A stretch of DNA of 64,000 nucleotides from Ranitomeya imitator. Taxonomy: Eukaryota. Made by a program: the position numbers and the translations under genes. Shown here one piece after another: positions 59,010-64,000 of the stretch (within the stretch, counting starts at the first letter, position 1; every line of letters starts with the position of its first letter). Below the pieces are notes generated by a model. It was not told where the DNA came from. It did no database searches and worked only from the letters and a program-made list of their open reading frames with translations. Where the stretch lies: assembly GCF_032444005.1 (NCBI RefSeq), contig NC_091283.1:539338001-539402000 (forward strand). Direction: 5' to 3'.

Positions 59010-60315
59010 CCCCTTAGTGACAGAGCCAATTTGGTATTTAATTACCAAGCCAATATTTACAATTCTGACCCTTGTCACATTATGTGGCTATAACTCTGGA
59101 ACGCATTAACGGATCCCACTGATTCTGAGACTGTTTTTTCATGACATATTGTACTTCATGTTAGTGGTAACATTTCTTCAATATGCCTTGCGTTTATTTA
59201 TTAAAAAAAAAAAATATATCAAAATTTTTTGAAAATTTTGCAATTTTCAAACTTTTAATTTTTATGCCTTAAATCAGAGAGTAGTGTCACACAAAATACT
59301 TAATAAATAACATTTCCCACTGTCTACTTTACATCAGCACAATTTTGGAAGCAAATTTTTTTTGTTGGGATGTTATAAGGGCCAAAAGTTGACTTCTCAT
59401 TTTTTAATCCCTTCCCGACCTTTGACGCCACGTAGGCGTCATGAAAGTCGGTGCCAATCCAACCCATGACGCCTATGTGGCGTCATGGAAAGATCGCGTC
59501 CCTGCAGATCGGGTAAAAGGGTTAACTCCCATTTCACCCGATCTGCAGGGACAGGGGGAGTGGTAGTTTAGCCCAGGGGGGGTGGCTTCACCACCTCGTG
59601 GCTATGATCGCTCTGATTGGCTGTTGAAAGTGAAACTGCCAATCAGAGCGATTTGTAATATTTCACCTATTATAACTGGTGAAATATTACAATCCAGCCA
59701 TGGCCGATGCTGCAATATCATCGGCCATGGCTGGAAATACTAATGTGCCCCCACCCCACCGATCGCCCCCCCCAGCCCCCCGATCTGTCCGGTACACTGT
59801 TCCGGCTCCCCTCTGTCCTGTGCTCCGCTCCCCCCCGTGCTCTTGTCCGCTCCCCCCGTGCTTCAATCACCCCCCCGTGCTCCAATCACCCCCCCTGCAC
59901 TCCGATCCACCCCCCTCCGTGCTCCGTTCCACCCCCCGTGCTCCGTTCCACCCCCCCCGTGCTCCGTTCTACCCCCCGTGCTTCGTTCCACGCCTCCCGC
60001 GCTCCGATTCACCCCCCATGCTCCGATCCCCCCCGTGCTCCCCCCCCCGTGTTCCCCCCCACCCCATCATACTTACCGATCCTGCCGGGGTCCGTCCGTC
60101 TTCTCCCCGGGCGCCGCCATCTTCCAAAATGGCGGGCGCATGCGCAGTGCGCCCACCGAATCTGCCGGCCGGCAGATTAGTTCCAAAGTGCATTTTGATC
60201 ACTGAGATATCATCTATCTCAGTGATCAAAATAAAAAAAATAATAAATGACCCCCCCCTCTTTGTCACCCCCATAGGTAGGGACAATAAAAAAAATAAAG
60301 AATGTTTTTTTTTCC
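59010..60315. mobile_element. Nested piggyBac-like left ends, with C-rich minisatellite at ~59740-60070
   Basis: TTAA|CCCCTTAGTGACAG at 59006 and TTAA|(T)CCCTTCCCGACC at 59404. Confidence 0.55.
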
Positions 60316-60499
60316 NNNNNNNNNNNNNNNNNNNNNNNNNNNNNNNNNNNNNNNNNNNNNNNNNNNNNNNNNNNNNNNNNNNNNNNNNNNNNNNNNNNNN
60401 NNNNNNNNNNNNNNNNNNNNNNNNNNNNNNNNNNNNNNNNNNNNNNNNNNNNNNNNNNNNNNNNNNNNNNNNNNNNNNNNNNNNNNNNNNNNNNNNNNN
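60316..60499. other. Assembly gap (184 N)
   Basis: Run of N. Confidence 1.
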
Positions 60500-61185
60500 C
60501 GTATTCTGGTCCTCTGCGGATTTTTCCGCTGCGGATTTGATGAATCCGCAGTGCTAAACCGCTGCGGATTTATGGCGGATTTACCGCGTTTTTTCTGCGC
60601 ATTTCACTGCGGTTTTACAACTGCGATTTTCTATTTGAGCAGTTGTAAAACCGCTGCGGAATCCGCACAAAGAAGTGACATGCTGCGGAATGTAAACCGC
60701 TGCGTTTCCGTGCAGTTTTTCCGCAGCATGTGTACAGCTATTTTTGTTTCCCATATGTTTACATTGAACTGTAAACTCATGGGAAACTGCTGCGGATCCG
60801 CAGCGTTTTCCGCAGCGTGTGCACATACCTTTAGAATTAGGCTATGTGCACACGGTGCGGATTGGCCGCTGCGGATTCGCAGCAGTGTTCCATCAGGTTT
60901 ACAGTACCATGTAAACCTATGGAAAACCAAATCCGCTGTGCCCATGGTGCGGAAAATACCGCGCGGAAATGCTGCGTTGTATTTTCCGCAGCATGTCAAT
61001 TCTTTGTGCGGATTCCGCAGCGTTTTACACCTGCTCCTCAATAGGAATCCGCAGGTGAAATCCGCACAAAAAACACTGGAAATCCGCGGAAAATCCGCAG
61101 GTAAAACGCAGTGCCTTTTACCCGCGGATTTTTCAAAAATGATGCTGAAAAATTTCACACGAATCCGCAATGTGGGCACATAGCC
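60500..61185. mobile_element. Two adjacent Harbinger-like MITEs; the second (60840-61185) is complete
   Basis: TIR GGCTATGTGC(A/C)CAC; TTA at 60837-60839 and 61186-61188; many TGCGGA/TCCGCA motifs. Confidence 0.85.
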
Positions 61186-61300
61186 TTAGGGTTAGGGTTG
61201 GAATTAGGGTTGTGGTTAGGGGTGTGTTGTGGTTAGGGTTGTGATTAGGGTTATGGCTACAGTTGGGATTAGGGTTAGGGGTGTGGGGGGGGGTTAGGGC
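61186..61300 (+). repeat. Degenerate TTAGGG-like tract
   Basis: TTAGGGTTAGGG...GTTAGGGTTGTG variants. Confidence 0.85.
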
Positions 61301-61329
61301 TGGAGGTAGAATTGAGGGGGTTACCAATG

Positions 61330-62701
61330 TTTAGGCACATCAGGGGTCTCCAAACGCAACATGGCGCCACCATTGATTCCAGCCAATCTCGTATTCAAAA
61401 AGTCAAATGGTGCTCCCTCAATTCCGAGCCCTGATGTGTGCCCAAACAGTGGTTTACCCCCACATATGGGGTACCAGCATACTCAGGATAAACTGCGCAA
61501 CAATTACTGGGGTCCAATTTCTCCTGTTACCCTTGTGAAAATAAAAAAATGCTTGCTAAAACATCATTTTTGAGGAAAGAAAAATGATTTATTATTTTCA
61601 CGGCTCTACGTTGTAAACGTCTGTGAAGCACGTGGGGGTTCAAAGTGCTCACCACATATCTAGATAAGTTCCTTGGGGGGTCTAGTTTCTAAAATGGGGT
61701 CACTTGTGGGGGTTTCTACTGTTTAGGCACACCAGGGGCTCTGCAAACGCAACGTGACGCCCGCAGACCATTCCATCAAAGTCTGCATTTCAAAAGTCAC
61801 TACTTCCCTTCTGAGCCCCGAAGTGTGCCCAAACAGTAGTTTACCCCCACATATGGGGTATCACCGTACTCAGGAGAAACTGGACAACAAATATTGGAGT
61901 CAAATTTCTCCTGTTACCCTTGGGAAAATTAAAAAATTCTGGGCTAAATAATTATTTTTGAGGAAAGAAAACGTATTTATTATTTTCACGGCTCTGCATT
62001 ATAAACTTCTGTGAAGCACTTGGGGGTTCAAAGTGCTCACCACACATCTAGATAAGTTCCTTTCGGGGTCTAGTTTCCAAAATGGGGTCACTTGTGGGGG
62101 GTTTCTACTGTTAAGCCACATCAGGTGCTCTGCAAATGCAACGTGACGCCCACAGAGCATTCCATCAAAGTCTGCATTTCAAAACATCACTACTTCACTT
62201 CCGATCCCCGGCATGTGCCCAAACAGTGGTTTACCCCCACATATGGGGTATCAGCGTACTCAGGAGAAACTGGACAACAACTTTTGGGGTCAAATTTCTC
62301 CTGATACCCTTGGGAAAATAAAAAATTGCAGGCTAAAAGATCATTTTTGAGAAAATAATTTTTTTTTTAATTTTCATGGCTCTGCGTTATAAACTTCTCT
62401 GAAGCACTTGGGGGTTCAAAGTCCTCACCACACATCTAGATTAGTTCCTTTGGTGGACTAGTTTCCAAAATGGGGTCATTTCTGGGGGATCTCCAATGTT
62501 TAGGCACACAGGGGCTCTCCAAACGTGACATGGTGTCCGCTAATGATTGGAGCTAATTTTCCATTTAAAAAGCCAAATGGCGTGCCTTCCCTTCCGAGCC
62601 CTGCCGTGCGCCCAAACAGTGGTTTACCCCCACATATGGGGTATCAGCCTACTCAGGACAAACTGGACAACAACATTTGGGGTCCAATTTCTCCTATTAC
62701 C
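61330..62701. repeat. ~390-bp tandem repeat, about 3.5 copies
   Basis: CCCAAACAGT recurs at 61441, 61828, 62218 and 62611. Confidence 0.92.
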
Positions 62702-64000
62702 TGTAAGTACTCGGGCAGAAATCCGAGAGTGGACCCTCTGGGTCGTGACTCTAGAGCCCCCGGGGTCGAGCGGACCAGATGGAATCACCCCCTATGCAGG
62801 GAGTGTTAGGAGCAGGACCTCGAGGGAATGGAGACACAACAGCTAGAGCCAAAGGGGCGACCCAAGATAAAGAAGGAAACCACAGGCTATAAGGATGGCA
62901 GGGGATAATAGGAAAACAAGACTTAACTGAAAATGACTGGAACACGGAACGGCAGAACACAGCAGGAACACGGACTGGCAGGGTACAGCAGGAACACGGA
63001 CTGGCAGGACACAGCAGGAACACGGACTGGCAGGATACAGCAGGAACACGGACTGGCAGGATACAGCAGGAACACGGACTGGCAGGATACAGCAGGAACA
63101 CGGACAGGCAGGATACAGCAGGAACACGGGCTGGCAGGACACAGCAGGAACACGGACTGGCAGGGTACAGCAGGAACACGGACTGGCAGGATACAGCAGG
63201 AACACGGACTGGCAGGATACAGCAGGAACACGGACAGGCAGGACACAGCAGGAACACGGACAGGCAGGACACAGCAGGAACACGGACTGGCAGGATACTG
63301 AGACAAAGTAAAGACTGGGCTGAGAAAAGACACTGGTACAGGGGAGCCTAGGGCATAGGGACACTGACGGCAGACAGTGCACCTACAAAGCAAAGGCGTC
63401 TTACCTAGGAAGACGCCGGGAAGAAATAGCCGATGTGCGCCGCCATGTTGGGGCGGAGCTATCGGGTCGCGACCTCCCAGAGGGCTCAGTGCTGGAGGAG
63501 ACGCGACCGCGCATGCGCAAAGACGCTGGACGCCGGGAGCCAGAGAAAGAAGCAGCAGAGCGGCAAGGAACGGGATCGCGAGTCCGCCGCTGGATGGAAG
63601 AAGATGGGTAAGTATGTGCGGGCGTGACAGTACCCCCCTCCTTAGTCCCCCTTTTTTTAAGGCTAGAAAGGAATCTTTTCATGATAAAGGGAGCATTGAT
63701 GTTCTCTCGAGGCTCCCAGGACCTCTCCTCAGGACCAAATCCCTCCCAATCAATCAAAAAATAAGTTTTACCCCTAACTACTTTTTTGGCAAGAATATCT
63801 TTAACGTTAAAGATTCCATCAGAAGTACAGAGCTGAGGAGAGGGAGAGGTAGCGGAGTGAAAACGATTAAAGACTGCGGGTTTGAGAAGAGACACATGGA
63901 AGGCATTGGGAATGCGCAAAGAGGCAGGTAGCTTCAACTTATAAGAGACTTCATTAATGCGACTCAAGATAGGAAACGGACCAATATAGCGAGGACCCAG
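62702..64000 (-). mobile_element. 3' end of a chromoviral Gypsy element running off the window
   Basis: LTR 62702-63629 (TGTCACG...CTTACA); PPT GGAGGGGGG; ORF 63401-63967 with GPF region and chromodomain FNVKDILAKK...YFLIDWEGFGPEERSW. Confidence 0.92.
62941..63298. repeat. 26-bp tandem array inside the LTR, about 14 copies
   Basis: GGACTGGCAGGATACAGCAGGAACAC units. Confidence 0.95.

Noticed and set aside
59679-61183. Long ORFs spanning the N run
   Set aside because: Openness comes from the gap and from C-rich or palindromic repeats.
61186-61300. True telomere or chromosome fusion site
   Set aside because: Short, degenerate, single orientation and embedded in repeats.
62751-63393. Cys-rich ORFs, or a CRISPR array, from the 26-bp repeat
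   Set aside because: Contiguous units without spacers, inside an LTR; the ORFs are translation artefacts.

Overview
This 64 kb window is vertebrate, most likely anuran (frog); that is inferred from the repeat families and I cannot confirm the species. It consists almost entirely of nested transposable elements, with no recognisable host gene and one 184-nt assembly gap. Contents: at least seven chromoviral Ty3/Gypsy (Tf1/sushi-type) insertions, one nearly full length with an open 1160-aa pol; a Gmr1-like Gypsy with integrase before RT; DIRS-type RT/RNase H; Penelope-like elements (PLE) with hammerhead ribozyme motifs; L1 remnants; hAT, Tc1/pogo, Harbinger-like, piggyBac-like and CACTG-ended DNA transposons; two Helitrons; a V-SINE; and several minisatellites. 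Four observations stand out. (1) A ~516-bp tandem unit folds like an HDV/CPEB3-type double-pseudoknot ribozyme and sits as an inverted multimer between 16-bp direct repeats, resembling a retroposed ribozyme-bearing multimeric or circular RNA. (2) The primer-binding site of the sushi-type elements co-varies with the sequence 30 nt after the LTR TATA box, as expected for tRNA-independent self-priming. (3) These elements carry unusual 6-bp target duplications with a G....C bias. (4) Several canonical and variant minimal hammerheads lie in PLE terminal repeats. Boundaries of degenerate elements are approximate, and no folding or database search was run.
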